Source of the DNA: Mobula birostris
Lineage: Eukaryota
Length of the DNA: 64,000 bases
Direction of reading: 5' to 3'
Assembly: GCF_030028105.1 (NCBI RefSeq)
Contig: NC_092397.1
Coordinates: 12,539,271-12,603,270 of the forward strand
The translations under genes and the position numbers were made by a program. Positions 1-13,700 of this stretch are shown piece after piece. The notes under the pieces are model-generated. The model did not search any database, was not told the origin of the DNA, and worked only from the letters and a program-made list of their open reading frames with translations. Each line of letters starts with the position of its first letter. The stretch's first letter is position 1.

Positions 1-970
1 GAATTGGCTTGCCCACAGAAGGTTGAAGATGGGTCATATTCTGCATGGAGGTCGGTGACCACTGGACACAAAGGTTGGGGGTGTTGTGGAAAGTGTGGAG
101 GGTTGTCAGAGGTTACAGCAGGACATTGATAGGATGCAAAACTGGGCTGAGGAGTGGCAGATGGAGTTCAACCCAGATAAGTGTGAGGTGGTTCAGTTTG
201 GTAAGTCAAACACGATGGCAGAGTATAGTATTAATGGTAAGACTCTTGACAGTGTGGAGGATCAGAGGGATCTTGGGGTCCGAGTCCATAGGACACTCAA
301 AGCTGCTGCGCAGATTGGCTCTGTGGTTAAGAAGGCATACGGTGCATTGGCCTTCATCAACCGTGGGATTGAGTTTAAGAGCCGAGAGGTAATGTTGCAG
401 CTAAATAGGACCCTGGTCAGACCCCACTTGGAGTACTGTGCTCAATTCTGGTCACCTCACTGCAGGACGGATGTGGAAACTATAGAAAGGGTGAAGAGGA
501 GATTTACAAGGCTGTTGCCTGGATTGGGGAGCATGCCTTACGAGAATAGGTTGAGTGAACTCGGCCTTTTCTCCTTGGAGCGACGGAGGATGAGAGGCGT
601 ATAAGATGATGAGAGGTGTATAAGATGATGAGAGGCATTAATCATGTGGATAGTCAGCGGCTTTTTCCCAGGGCTGAAATGGCTAGTACGAGAGGGCATG
701 GTTTTAAGGTGCTTGGAAGTAGGTACAGAGGAGATGTCAGGGGTAAGTTTTTTACGCAGAGAGTGGTGAGTGTGTGGAATGGGCTGCTGGCAACGGTGGT
801 GGAGGCGGATACAATAGGGTCTTTTAAGAGACTCCTGGATGGCTCCATGAAGCTCAGAAAAATTGAGGACTCTGGGTAGGCCTAGGTAATTTCTAAGGTG
901 AGGACATGTTCAGTACAGCTTTGTGGGCCAAAGGGCCTGTATTGTGCTGTAGGTTTTCTATGTTTCTATG
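1..970 (+). mobile_element. CR1 LINE, 3' part of ORF2 plus 3' UTR, degenerate
   Basis: ORFs 86-604 and 616-879 give the CR1 RT C-terminus ([28 protein letters not shown]); ends in tail ttttctatgtttctatg; internal deletion near 60 relative to the copy ending at 27485. Confidence 0.95.
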
Positions 971-1057
971 AGGTGTAACAAGGTAGATTATGAGGTCAAA
1001 ATGGCTAACAAAACTGTCTGTTCCAGCTGCACAACCTCCCTATCCCTTCATTCCCTG

Positions 1058-1745
1058 CACATAGAAGCACAGAATGGCACAACACAGAAACAGGCCATTC
1101 GGCCCACAATATTGTGCTATCCCAGCTAAAAAGCCAATCCAAAACACCCAAACACTAATCCCTCCTACCTACACCGTGTCCAGATCCCTCCATCTTCCTC
1201 ACATCCATGTGCCTATCCAAACGTCTCTTAAAAGCCTCTAATGTGTTTGCCTCTACCAGCACACCAGACATCCAACACTCTCTAAGTGAAAAACTTACCC
1301 CTCACATTCCCTCTCTCACCTTCAATGCACGCCCTCTGGCATTAGACATTTCAACCCTGGGAAACAGATACTCCCTGTCCACTCTATCTATGCCTCTCAT
1401 AATCCTGTAAACCTTGATCAGATCTCCCCTCAGCCTCCGGCACTCCAGAGAAAACAACCCAAGTTTATCCAGCCTCTCATGATAGCACACGCCCTCTAAA
1501 CCAAGCAGCACCCTGGTAAACCTCCTCTGCGCCCTCTCCAAAGCCCCAACATCCATCCTATAGTGGGGCAACCAGAACTGGACACAATACTCCCAATGTG
1601 GCCCAACCAGAGTTTTATAAAGTTGCAACATAACCTCTTGACTTTTGAACTCAATCGACTAATAGAGGCAAGCATTCCACAAGCCTTCTGAGCCACATTA
1701 TCGACCTGTGAGGCCGCTTTCAAGGAGCTATGAACCCGGATCCCA
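1058..1745 (-). mobile_element. CR1 LINE 3' fragment
   Basis: ORF 1302-1631(-) LYKTLVGPHWEYCVQFWLP; related copy at ~27625-28070. Confidence 0.85.
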
Positions 1746-1969
1746 TTGTCTTGAATTGATTGTATTTATCTTCACCACCTCCCCGGCCAATGCACTGGAA
1801 GTGTCCACTACGCTGTCTTTAAAAGAACTTGCCCGGCACAACCCCTCTGAGTTCTCCCCCCTCACCTTAAGTGCTTGCTCTCCTGAATTTGTTCCTACAG
1901 AACTACAGGAGATTATTCTCGCAAAGATACGCAAAACACCAAGTATTTACAAGACGGTGAGCAATTTCA

Positions 1970-2420
1970 AATTAAAATCTGATTATTGCTGTCTATAAAG
2001 CAGTCAATTCGCCGGGGAGCCCACCATTTGTGGAAAACCCCACGATTCTCATCGTGATCGCGTTCTCCCTCTCCGAGGAACTCGAGCACCAACGTATCCC
2101 CGGAACAGCCCTCGACCGCCTGCCGCCAGGACCGGCGAACGGTCACCTTGGCCGGGCTCAGGAGCAAGGTCACCAGTAGGCCTGCCGAGCAACCCACCCC
2201 CTTCCCTACTGGGTGCCTGTATATCGGGAGCACGGGGCCGAAGTGTAACTAGCCCCTTCAGATATTCAAACAGGGGCTGCAACCTCTCACAGTCCATACA
2301 GACATGGTACACTGACTCCTCTGGTCATTGGACGGACAAGTGGACGGGGTGTCACTTAAAAACTTATTCCATGGTACTGCCCAATGCAACACCTTCCACC
2401 ACGAGTCCCCGATGTAGAGC
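1970..2420 (-). mobile_element. Tx1-clade (L1-like) LINE ORF2 C-terminal remnant
   Basis: Frameshifted peptides LYIGDSWWKVLHWAVPWNKFL, YHVCMDCERLQPLFEYLKGL and FHKWWAP resemble the Tx1 ORF2 zinc-knuckle region. Confidence 0.6.
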
Positions 2421-2541
2421 ATAAAGAGGTTTCTGCTGGGGACCACCCTTGCCCTCCAGCATTAGAAATGTTGACCTTGTCTATTCTATCTACGCCTCTG
2501 ATGTTTTTGAAAACTTCCATTAGGCTGAGCCGCTGAGAAAG

Positions 2542-2812
2542 GGGTGACGCGGTGGTGTAGCGGTCAGCACAACGGTTTACAGTACCGGCGACCGGTCCCC
2601 GCCGCGGCCTGTAAGGAGTTTGTATGTTCAAACCCGTGATCGCGTGGGTTTCCTCCGGGTGCTCCGGTTTCCTCCCACAGTCCAAAGGCGTAGGTTAATT
2701 GGTCATTGTAAATTGCCTCGTGATTAGGCTAGGGTTAAATTGAGGGATTGCTGGGCGGCGCAGCTCGAAGGGGGGAAGAACCTATCCCGTGCTGTATCTC
2801 AATAAAATAATT
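2542..2812 (+). mobile_element. V-SINE (HE1-like tRNA-derived SINE)
   Basis: tRNA-like head followed by the V-domain core gcgtgggtttcctccgggtgctccggtttcctcccacagtccaaag and an A-rich tail. Confidence 0.8.
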
Positions 2813-3619
2813 TTTTTGAAAAGCCAAGTTTGTCAAATCTCTCTCTACAGCAAAGTACACTTAATACCAGTAAACCTCTCCTAAACCCTCTCCAAAGCCT
2901 CAACATCCTTCCTATACATGGTGGGGCTAGAAATACTCCCCGATGTGGCCACACCAGAGTTTTACAAAGTTCAAAGGGGAAGGGAACGTCGACTCAGACC
3001 ATAAGAGGCTTGCGTCAGGCATTTCCATGCCTTACAAGGTGCAGATTGGAAGTCTGTGCCACTCCTCGCACAGACACTAGAGCAATGTGTAATTAAGTGC
3101 CTTGCTCAAGGACACAAACAGGCTGCCTCAGCTGAGGCTTGAACCAGCGACCTTGGGATCACTAGACGAATGCCTTCACCAGTTGGTCATATGCTCACAC
3201 AAAGTTCAAAGGTTCATGCAGACCCATCTTCTCCAGATAGTCACAGAATACAGAAAAGCTTACAAGTAGTTGAAAGGAAGACATCAACTCCGCCCACTGC
3301 ACAAAAAGAAAAAGCAAAAACTCGCAACTCCCCCCCAACCCTTTCCTCGCACAGAAACCGACAGAGCAACGTAACTTCCTGACTGCTGAACTCAGTGTCT
3401 CGACTAATGAAGCTAGGCTCACCACGTGCCTTCTTTACCGCCCCAGCAGCCTGTGCGCCTGAGAGCCAAGGACTTGGACACCAAGATCCCTCTACCAGAG
3501 TAATGCCTCTTTGCATTTGATCTCTCAAACTGGGACGGCACAGTGTGGAGGCCCAGTGGCTGTAGACTCTATTTGGGGAACTCTGAGGTTCATGCCGCAT
3601 GTGTTTCTGGATTCTACTT

Positions 3620-4390
3620 GCTCCTTAGCCACAGGCCCCGGGGGTAGGAGGGGAGAAGAGGGGCCTGTCTCCCTAGCAACAAGACCCTGGTGGGGGGCAA
3701 GGAGGAGAGAGGGCCTGTCCCTAGCAACTGGGGTGGGGGAGAGAGGACCAGTCTCCCCAGCAACATGTCCTGTGGAGCAGAGGATCTGTCTCCCTAGCAA
3801 CGGGCTGGGAGGAGGGTGTACTCATCTCTCTAGCAACGGGGCCCTGGGTGGAGTCTGTACTCGTCTCCCTAACAACAGGCCCTGGGTGGAGAAGCGAGAG
3901 AGGGCCCGTCCCTAGCAACATGCTGGAGGGGAGGGGGAAGAGAGAGGACCCGTCTCCCTAGCAACGGGGGTGGGGGGGGGGGGAAAGAGGAAGGGAGAGG
4001 GAGAGAGAAACAACCTGTCTCCCTAGAAACAACCCCTGGGGGAGGAGGGGCGTCACTCTAGCAACAGACTTTGGGGTAGGAGCGGGAGCCCCCGTCTCCC
4101 TAGCAACAGGCCCCGGGGGTAAGAGCGGGAGTCCCCGTCTCCCTAGCAACAGGCCCCGGGGGTAAGAGCGGGAGCCCCCGTCTCCCTAGCAACAGGCCCC
4201 GGGGGTAAGAGCGGGAGCCCCCGTCTCCCTAGCAACAGGCCCCGGGGGTAAGAGCGGGAGCCCCCGTCTCCCTAGCAACAGGCACCGGGGGTAAGAACGG
4301 GAGCCCCCGTCTCCCTAGCAACAGGCCCTGGGGTTAAGAGCGGACTCCCGTCTCCCTAGCAACCGGACCCGGGGGCGTCACCCTAGCGAG
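3620..4390. repeat. 43-bp minisatellite carrying GTCTCCCTAGCAAC (RFX X-box-like)
   Basis: CTAGCAAC at an exact 43-bp period at 4100, 4143, 4186, 4229, 4272, 4315; about 14 perfect copies overall, decaying distally. Confidence 0.9.
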
Positions 4391-4685
4391 AGCCAGGCTA
4401 TTACCGAGGCCTTTCCTCCCTCTCGTCCCCCCCCGGTTCCTCCATCCCCACGTCTCACCGTTCCTCTTCCGGTCTCTTCGCTTCCCTCGGGCGGGAGGCC
4501 CCTCCTACCCGCCGGCGGAGGAGGCAGAGTCGACACACCGGTGAGGGGGCGGAAAAACGGGCCGCGGCCGGACAGGCAAACGGGCTGGCCGCCTACCTCC
4601 CCCGTCTGCGCGCCGGCCCGCCCCGGAGGACCCTGCGCCGCCCCGCTGACGTCAGGGAGCCCGAGCCCCGCAGCCAGAGGCCGAG
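4380..4685. promoter_or_regulatory. CpG-island promoter of DRAP1, possibly bidirectional
   Basis: CpG-rich; GC boxes (ggggcgg ~4546), ETS-like cttccgg ~4466, perfect CRE TGACGTCA at 4647-4654. Confidence 0.7.
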
Positions 4686-4727
4686 ATGCCGTCGAAGAAG
4701 AAAAAATACAACGCGCGGTTCCCGCCG
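4686..4727 (+). CDS. DRAP1: DRAP1 exon 1 ([14 protein letters not shown])
   Basis: ATG at 4686; donor CCG|gtgagt. Confidence 0.97.
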
Positions 4728-7700
4728 GTGAGTCCGGGGCCGGGACATGTCCCGGGGGTGCGGGGTCCGGTACTGCGGCTCCCGCCGGGGTAGGGAGTCC
4801 GGTATCGCGGTTCCTGCCGGTGAGTCCGGGGCCAGAGCCGGTGTCCGGGGTGGGGACATGTAGCGGGGGTGGGTTCGTGCCGGTGAGTCCGGCGTGGGGA
4901 CAGGTCCCGGTGTTGGGGGGTCCCGTACTGCGGCTCCCGCTGGTGTCTGGGATGGGGACATGTCCTGGGGCTGGGGGTTCGGTACCGTGGCTCCCGCCGG
5001 TGAGTCCAAGAACTGGGGTCTGGGGTCTGGGTACTGGGACGTGAACTAGTGGGGTGAGAGGGGAATGCGTCGGGGTACCACTTCCCACCGGTGGGTCCAG
5101 TCGGGGGGCGGGGTGGTGAGTACACCATGGGTTGGGGTGGGTGTCCGCCCTGTTTGTCTGGATCTGGTGGTGGTGGGGGGTGGAGGTTGCCGCCGTTTTC
5201 TGCCAGGGGAGACGGGTCATCCCGGGGATGGAGGTTCCTGGCGTGGAGTCGGGGGGTCGGTGAGGAAGGGTGTGCATAGAGTGGCGTTTGTGTAACGGGC
5301 AGTGCAATAGAGGACCAGGAGAGGTCACCAGCCAGAGGCCTGGGTGGGAGGGAGAGGCCGGGTGGAGGGTGGGGGGACAGGTGCCTCATTGGGACCATTG
5401 TGAGCAAAATGGTGAGGAACCCAAAGAATATCCCAGTGGGGTGGGGTGATTGCAGACGCCAGGGTGGTGTGGAGGGGGTGGATCCCACTAGGACGATTAT
5501 ATCCCCTTTGGTGGCAAAAACAGGAAAGCAGATTATTATCTGAATGGTGGCCGATTAGGAAAAGGGGAGGTGCAACGAGACCTGGGTGTCATTATAGTCA
5601 TTGAAAGTGGGCATGCAGGTACAGCAGGCGATGAAAAAGGCGAATGGTATGCTGGCATTCATAGCAAGAGGATTCGAGTACAGGAGCAGGGAGATACTAC
5701 TACAGTTGTACAAGGCCTTGGTGAGACCACACCTGGAGTATTGTGTGCAGTTTTGGTCCCCTAATCTGAGGAAAGACATTCTTGCCATAGAGGGAGTACA
5801 AAGAAGGTTCACCAGATTGATTCCTGGGATGGCAGGACTTTCATATGATGAAAGACTGGATCGACTAGGCTTATTCTCTCTGGAATTTAGAAGATTGAGG
5901 GGGGATCTTATTGAAACGTATAAAATCCTAAAGGGATTGGACAGGCTAGATGCAGGAAGATTGTTCCCGATGTTGGGCAAGTCCAGAACGAGGGGTCACA
6001 GTTTGAGGATAAAGGGAAAGTCTTTTAGGACCGAGATTAGGAAAAACTTCTTCACACAGAGAGTGGTGAATCTGTGGAATTCTCTGCCACAGGAAACAGT
6101 TGAGGCCAGTTCATTGGCTATATTTAAGAGGGAGTTAGATATGGCCCTTGTGGCTAAAGGGATCAGGGGGTATGGAGAGAAAGCAGGTACAGGGTTCTGA
6201 GTTGGATGATCAGCCATGAACATACTGAATGGCGGTGTAGGCTCAAAGGGCCGAATGGCCTACTCCTGCACCTATTTTCTATGTTTCTATGAGTGGGGGT
6301 GTGGGCACTGATGCAGTGATTGGAAGTGGGCGGGGGGAGCCTGGAGGGGCCACAGGTACAATGAAAGCGGTTCTACAGGCATGTAGGTACATTCTGTAAT
6401 CTGCAGGAAGAATTCCTGGAGGGGAGGCTGTGTTGGGGAACGGAGGTATGCAGAGACCCTGGTGGGTCATTCAGAGAGACCTCGACAGCCCGGTCTGAGG
6501 AGGGAGATGCGGGCGGTCGCGGGCTGTCGACCTGGGGGGAGGGGGAGGGAAATGGTTTCTTATCGTCACCGATACCGAGATACAGAGGAAAGCTCACCTC
6601 ACAAATCAAATCACTGAGGTAGAAGGAAGCACAATAAGAATGCAGAATAAAGTGTTAACAGTTTCAGAGAGAGTGCAGGTATATGATAAGGTGCAAGATC
6701 ATAATGAGGTAGATCGTGAGGTCAAGAGTCTCTCTTGCCATCTGTGCTTTTTGCTATTTGTGTAATTTGCATTTTTTTTGAACGGGTTCCATTGTTTTCT
6801 TTCTTTCATGGCTGTCCGTGGGTAGATGAATCTCAGGGTTGTACACTGCATACGTACTTTTGACAATAAATGTACTTTGACTCCTTCGAAGAGCCTTCTA
6901 AAAGCAGGGTAAAAGCTGTCCTGAAGCCCGGTGGTACGTGCTGTCGGACGTGTATCTGATGGCAGGAGCGAGCTGTGGAAAGACCCTGGGGGAGAGGAGA
7001 GAATGTCTGGGGTGGGTGGGGTCCTTTACTGCGTTGACTGCTTTACCTGGGCAGCTGAGGTTCCTGCTTCCTAGGGGTAAGAGGGTGGGGGCGGGGTCAG
7101 GGGGCTCGGTGGGTTGAATTTCTGGAACAGAGAGATGGGCAGTCTGGGTGTAAGAGATAGGAGCAGAATGAGGCCATTCAGCCCATCGAGTCTGCTCCGA
7201 CATTTCATCCCGGCTGATTTATTGTCCCTTTCAACTCCACTCCCCTGCCTTCTCCCCATAACCTTTGACGCCCCGACTAATCAAGAACCTATCAACCTCC
7301 ATTTTAAATGCACCCAATGACTTGGCCTCCACAGCTGTTTGCGGCAACGAATTTCACACATCCACCACTCCTCATCTCTGTTCTCAAGGGGCATTTTGTT
7401 TATTCTGAGGCTGTACACTGAGCGCCGAGGCTCCCCCACTATTGGAAACGTCCTCTCTACGTCCGGTCTAACCAGGCCTTTTAACATTCGATAGGTTTCA
7501 GTGGGATTTCCTCTCGTTCTTGTAAACTCCAGTGAGTACAGGCCCAAAGCCATCAAACAGTCTTCATAGGTTAACTCCTGAAAGCCCTTTGGTTCTGCTG
7601 CTGCCCCTGGAGTCCTCAGAGCTGACAGCCCACTGTCCTTGCGTGCCTTAGCTTCGTACTTCGCAGAGCAGAAGAAAGAGGGGGTTATTGCATTGAAAAC

Positions 7701-10700
7701 TATCAAATATTGATAGAGTGGACGTGGAGCTGGTATTTCCAATAGCGGGAGAGTCTAGGACCGGAGGGCACAGGCGAATGTCCATTTAGAACGGAGATGA
7801 GGAATTTCTTTAGCCGGCGGCGGGGCTGGGGAGTGAATCTGTGGAATTCCTCGCCACATGTGGCTGTGGAGTCCAGGTCATGGGTCTGTCTAAAGCAGAG
7901 CTTGATAGGACAGCGAAAGCCCCACGCGCACACGAGGACGGGCAACACACAGAGTATAAATTATACTCAAATTACGCCAAGGAAACAGAGAGTGAAAACA
8001 GTAGCTAACGGTAATCAGTGTCCACCGTGTCCACAGTCGTCATCACCATAAGGTGCCATGCCCAGTTTGGGCTTTGACTGCCATGGCCCACACACTCCTG
8101 TTTCGGGTCAAGTGGATCAATTCATTGGTATTCATTTCCAGTTCTCTGGCTGCTGTCTCCATCATCATTTGTCTTTGTCTTCCTCTTGCTTTCTTCCCTT
8201 CAATCTTTCCCATAATTACCGTGCATTCTAACTCATCTTTCCTAACCACATGTCCAATGAAGTCGCGCTGCCTTTTCATGATCTCATACGTTATTTCTCT
8301 TTTTGTGTTTGCCCTGTTCATGACATCCTCATTAGATATTCTTTGCATCCTCCTCAAAAACCACATCTCTGCTGCTTCAATTCGTTTCCTCATGTTACTA
8401 GATATTGTCCAACATTCTGAGCCATATAACATAACTGGATAAACGTAACATTTCAGTACCCTGAGGCGGGTTGTCATGCCTAGTTGAGTGTTGGTCAGCA
8501 TGCTCTTCATTCTCGTAAAGGTGTCTTTCGCCATCCCTATTCTTCTTTTGATGTCCATGTCACACCTGCCATCTGATGTCACCCAGCTTCCTAAGTATCA
8601 AAAGTTCTGTGCTTATTTTATGTCTTCTCCGTTTATTCTCAGCCTGCAGATAGGATTCTCCTTCTTTTTGGATATCACCATACATTCTCTCTTTTTGCAA
8701 TTGATAGATAGACCCATTTTTGCACTTTCTTCAACAATTATATGAATTTTGTAGTTCTTCCTCTGTACTTGCAATTAACACAGTGCCATCCGCAATTCTG
8801 AAATTATTGATGTTTTCACCGCCAACTTTGATTCCCAAGATGTCTCTTTTTTTGTAATATTGTTTCGCTGTACACATTAAATAAATCAGGGGAGAAAACA
8901 CACCCGTGCCTAACGCCTCACTTGATTTTCATAAACTGACTCACTTCTCCATCTATTCTCACAGTGGCAGTTTGTTCCCAGTACAGATTTTTGAATAGGC
9001 AGAGGTCTTTCGAATCTAGATCTCGAGTTTCCTGTAATATTTCACATAACTTACTGTGCTTCACTTCATCAAATGCTTTTGTGTAGTCGATAAAACAAAC
9101 AAACAAATCTTTTTGCACTTGAATAGCTCATTCTGATAGTATCCTTAACATCAAAATCGTGTTTCTTTTACCTTTGTCTTTCACAAAACCACATTGATCT
9201 TTACCTATTTCAGCTTGTATCTTACTTTTAGCTCGTCATCATTGTTGTACCTGGGAGAAAATTCAGTTTTGAATCCAGTAACGCATCTAGACCAGATGGC
9301 CACCATATTAGATGCCTCCTAAAGTAACCTGAGCTTATGTTCCTGACCTTCTGCTGCTGTGGCGTATCCATTTCAAGGGTGGGCATGTTGCACGTTCAAC
9401 CACAGTTGTAATGTGTGGTTATTTGAGTTCCTGTCATCTCCCTGTCAGCCTGAACCCAGTCTGGCCATCCCCCTCTGACCTCTCTCACTGACGAGGCATT
9501 TTCGCCCGCAGAACTGCCGCTCACTGGATGTTACGATGCGCCCCCGACAGGGCACCAGGTGTCCGACTTCCAATGTTTCAGGAGCCCTCCTCCGACCTCG
9601 ACTCGGGCCACTTTATGAGGTACTTCGTGTATCTAATAAAGCGGCCCCTGAGTGTAAGTCTGGGTCCTCTGCAGCTGTAACCCATTCTCATCAAGTTCAA
9701 CGGGTCGTGCGTTCAGAGGTGCTCTTCTGCACACCACCGTTGTAACGCGTGGTTATTTGAGTTACTGTCAGCTTGAACTGGTCTGGCCGTTCTCGAATCA
9801 AACCAAATCAAGTTTAACTATCATTTAAACCATACATAGATACAGCTGATCGAGACAGCGTTCCTGTGGGGCCAAGGTGCAAAGCATTCAAAATGACAAG
9901 CAACTACTCAAAAATAGCGAGTAACGTAATTCAAAATAGCAAGCAAAGACGCATATTCACTCAAAAAAAACGATATATGAGGTCATTCTTACCCTCGGTC
10001 ACTGGGCTCTATAATGAGTCAACCTATAGACAGGGAAGTGGTGACCCCTCCTGTTAGGCTGTTTGAGGTAACTTATTTTTTATTCTTTCTTCTCTTCAAA
10101 TATTTGTATATCTGTACACTTGTAATGCTACTGTGACATTGTAATTTCCTTTGGGATCAACAAAGTATATCTATCTACCCCATGTTCTTAGAGTAAAATT
10201 GTCTTTGGATCGTAAAATAACAAATTTTACAAACAAAAGAGCACCTTTGGTTGGCCCCCGAGAAGCCGCTGCATTCACTTTCTCCCCAACCTCTCTCATT
10301 AACATTTTCATCCTCAGAACTGCCGCTCACTGATTTTTTTTTCCCCTGCACCATTCTCTGTAAATTCTCAAGTCTGTTGTGCATGAAAATCCCAGGAGGT
10401 CAGCAACTTCTGAGATACTCAAACCACCCCATCTGGCACCAACAACGAAAGTCGCATAGATCACATTTCTTCCCCCATTCTGATGTTCGGTCTGAACAAC
10501 AACTGAACCTCTTGACCACGTTGGCGTGCTTTTATGTGCAAGTGTTCCTAATCAAGTGGCCCACTGAGTATGCATTGTAATTATAAATACAAGCAAGCAA
10601 AAAATGGACCAATGCAGGGGTTCCCAACCTTTCCTGTGGCATGGACCGGTCGAGTGGTCCGTGAACCCCTGTGCTGACGTGATGAACAAAATGAGACAGA

Positions 10701-13700
10701 TACAATTAAGAGTCAAGTCAAGTTTATTGTCATTTAACTATATACACGTATACCGTCAAACGAAACAACGTTTCTCTGAATCACAGTAGTACAATAACTT
10801 GGGAAAGTAAGAATTAAATCTTCAAATGAATTAGGTATAAATTAAATATTGTAAGGTATGGAACAGATTAACCAGTGATACTTTGAATGCGATGCGGCAG
10901 GGAGTTCAGAAGCCTGATGGCCTGAGGGAAGAAACTGTTTCCCATCCTGACCGTTCTTGTCTTTATGCATCGGAGTCTCCTGCCTGATGGTAGGAAGTCA
11001 AAGAGGATGCTGGATGGATGGGTGGGATCCTTGATAATACTAAGGGCCTTGCGTACACAGCGCTCCTGATAAATGCCCCGATGGATGGTAGGGAGACCCC
11101 TACGATCCTCTCGGCCGTTCTCACAGTCCTTTGTAGGGGCTTCCGGTCCGATGCTCGGCTGCTCCCAGACCAGATGGAGACGCAGCTTGTCAGGACGCTC
11201 TCAATGGTGCTCCTGGAAAATGTGGTTAAGGTGGGTGAGGGTGGGGAGAGCCTCATTGCCTCAAACTCCTCAGGAAGTGGAGACGCTGCTGTGTCGCCTT
11301 TTCAGGGAGGTGATATTCAGGGACTAGGTGAGGTTGCCCGTGATATGATCTCCCAGGAACTTGGTGCACTTAATTCTCTGTACGGAGGGGGCCATGCATT
11401 CGCGGAAGGAGGTGGTTCGTCTGCACCTACCCGAAACCCACAAAGAGTGCAGATTCGAGACGGTACCACCGGGAAAGGGTTGCCAGAGGGCTGATGGGCT
11501 CAGGAGTCTGACAGCAGTGGGGAAGAAGGTGTTCTTCACTCTGGTCTATCAGGCTTTCAGACTGCTGCATCTTCTCCCAGAAGGTAGAGAAGAAGGAATG
11601 GCCAGGGCGGTGGGCATCCTCAGTGACCCTGTTAGGCCTTCCCAAGGCGGAGAGTCTGGGAATCGTCATCTCAATGATCGGCTCGTCCGACCGCAAGTCC
11701 CTGAGGACATCATCAGGGTCTCTCCTCCGCCCGTTCGAGGCATTTATCAGGAGCACTGCGTAGGCAGGGCCCTCAGCATTACCAGTGATCCCTCCCATCC
11801 TTCCAGCCATCTCTCTGACCCCCTGCCATCAGGCAGGAGGCACATGAACTGTCAGGGTGGGAAGCAGCTTCTTCCCCCGGGCTGCAAGACGACTGAACTC
11901 CCTGCCACCACCCAGGTCTCGTCACGAAGCGCCCGTAGCTTCAACTGTTTTCTATTCAACTCGTATCCGAAGTGCACCATATTAATTGTCGTAATATTGC
12001 TCTACGTGTTATGTGTGCGAGTTATACGTACTGTGTTGTGCACCTTGGTCCGGAGGAATGTCTCGTTGGCGGTATACGTGGGTACGGTTGAGTGACATTA
12101 ACTCTGAATAAGCGATCAGCCGTTTGCAACTGGGGTAGACCGTAGAGTGATACACCACAGGCCCTTCAGCCCACTCTCTGATACTGTACTCACTAAGTTT
12201 GCAATCAAATGCCCAACCAAACTAATCCCTTCTGCCTAGACAATGTCTACATCCTGTGCACTCGCGTGCCTGAGCACCCCTGTTGTATCTGCTTCCTCTG
12301 TCGCCCCGTGAAGTGCATTCCAAGCCCCCCCCCCGCCGTTCTCCGTATAAATCTCCTTTGAACCTGCCTCCTCGTGCCTCAAGTTGATCTCTGTCTCGAA
12401 TTAGACTTTTCAACCCAGAGGGAGAAAAGATACTGGCTGACTTTTCTTTGTATGCGCTTTATAATCTTCTAAGCCTCTTCTCACAACCTGGGGTCCCTTG
12501 CTTAACGGTATTGGTCCACCACGCACAAAGGTTTAGGAGCCCCCCCCCCCCCCGATCGGGCTGTCCCTCAGTCTCTGCTACTTGGCTACCCACGATTGTA
12601 TTGCCAAGTTTCCATCAAACTCAATATATAAGTTTGCTGATGACACAACAATTGTAGGCCGTATCTCGGGTAATGATGAGTTTGAGTACAGAGAGGAAAT
12701 TAAGAACCTGGTGGCATGGTGCGAAGACAATAACCTATCCCTCAACGTCAGCAAGACGAAGGAATTGGTTGTTGACTTCAGAAGGAGTAGCGGACCGCAC
12801 GACCCCATTTACATCGGTGGTGCGCAAGTGGAACAGGTCAAAAGCTTTAAGTTCCTCGGGGTCAATATCACAAATGACCTGACTTGATCCAACCAAGCAG
12901 AGTCCACGGCCAAGAAGGCCCACCAGCACCTTTACTTCCTGAGAAAACTAAAGAAATTTGGCCTGTCCCCTAAAACCCTCACTAATTTTTATAGATGCAC
13001 TGTAGAAAGCATTCTTCTAGAGTGCATCACAACCTGGTATGGAAGTTCTCCTGTCCAAGACCGGAAGAAGCTGCAGAAGATCGTGAGCACGGCACAGCAC
13101 ATCACACAAACCAATCTTCCGTCCTTGGACTCACTTTACACCGCACGCTGTCGGAGCAGTGCTGCCAGGATAATCAAGGACACGACCCACCCAGCCAGCA
13201 CACTTTTCGTCCCTCTTCCCTCCGGGAGAAGGCTCAGGAGCTTGAAGACTCGTACGGCCAGATTTGGGAACAGCTTCTTTCCAACTGTGATAAGACTGCT
13301 GAATGGATCCTGACCCGGATCTGGGCCGTACCCTCCAAATATCCGGACCTGCCTCTCGGTTTTTTTTGCACTACCTTACTTTCCCTGTTCTATTTTCTAC
13401 TTATGATTTATAATTTAAATTTTTAATATTTAGTAATTTTAACTATTTTTAATATTTAGTATTTGTAATCTAGGGAGCGGGAAGCGCAGAATCAAATATC
13501 GCTGTGATGATTGTACGTTCTAGTACCAATTGTTTGGCGACAATAAAGTATAAAGTACCTCAAGTTGTTCCACCCTCTCCCCCAGCACATGCCCTCTAAT
13601 CCAGGCAGCATCCTGGTTAGCCTCTCCAAAGCCTCGACAACTTCCCTGCAATGGGACGGACAGCGAGGCGTGCAGCGACGCGCTCGAGACGCTGGGGGAG

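Noticed and set aside
2542-2620. tRNA gene
   Set aside because: Degenerate tRNA-derived head of a SINE; no complete cloverleaf
4378-5488. Long ORFs across the DRAP1 promoter
   Set aside because: GC-rich island plus minisatellite; no recognisable protein, and the real exon is in another frame
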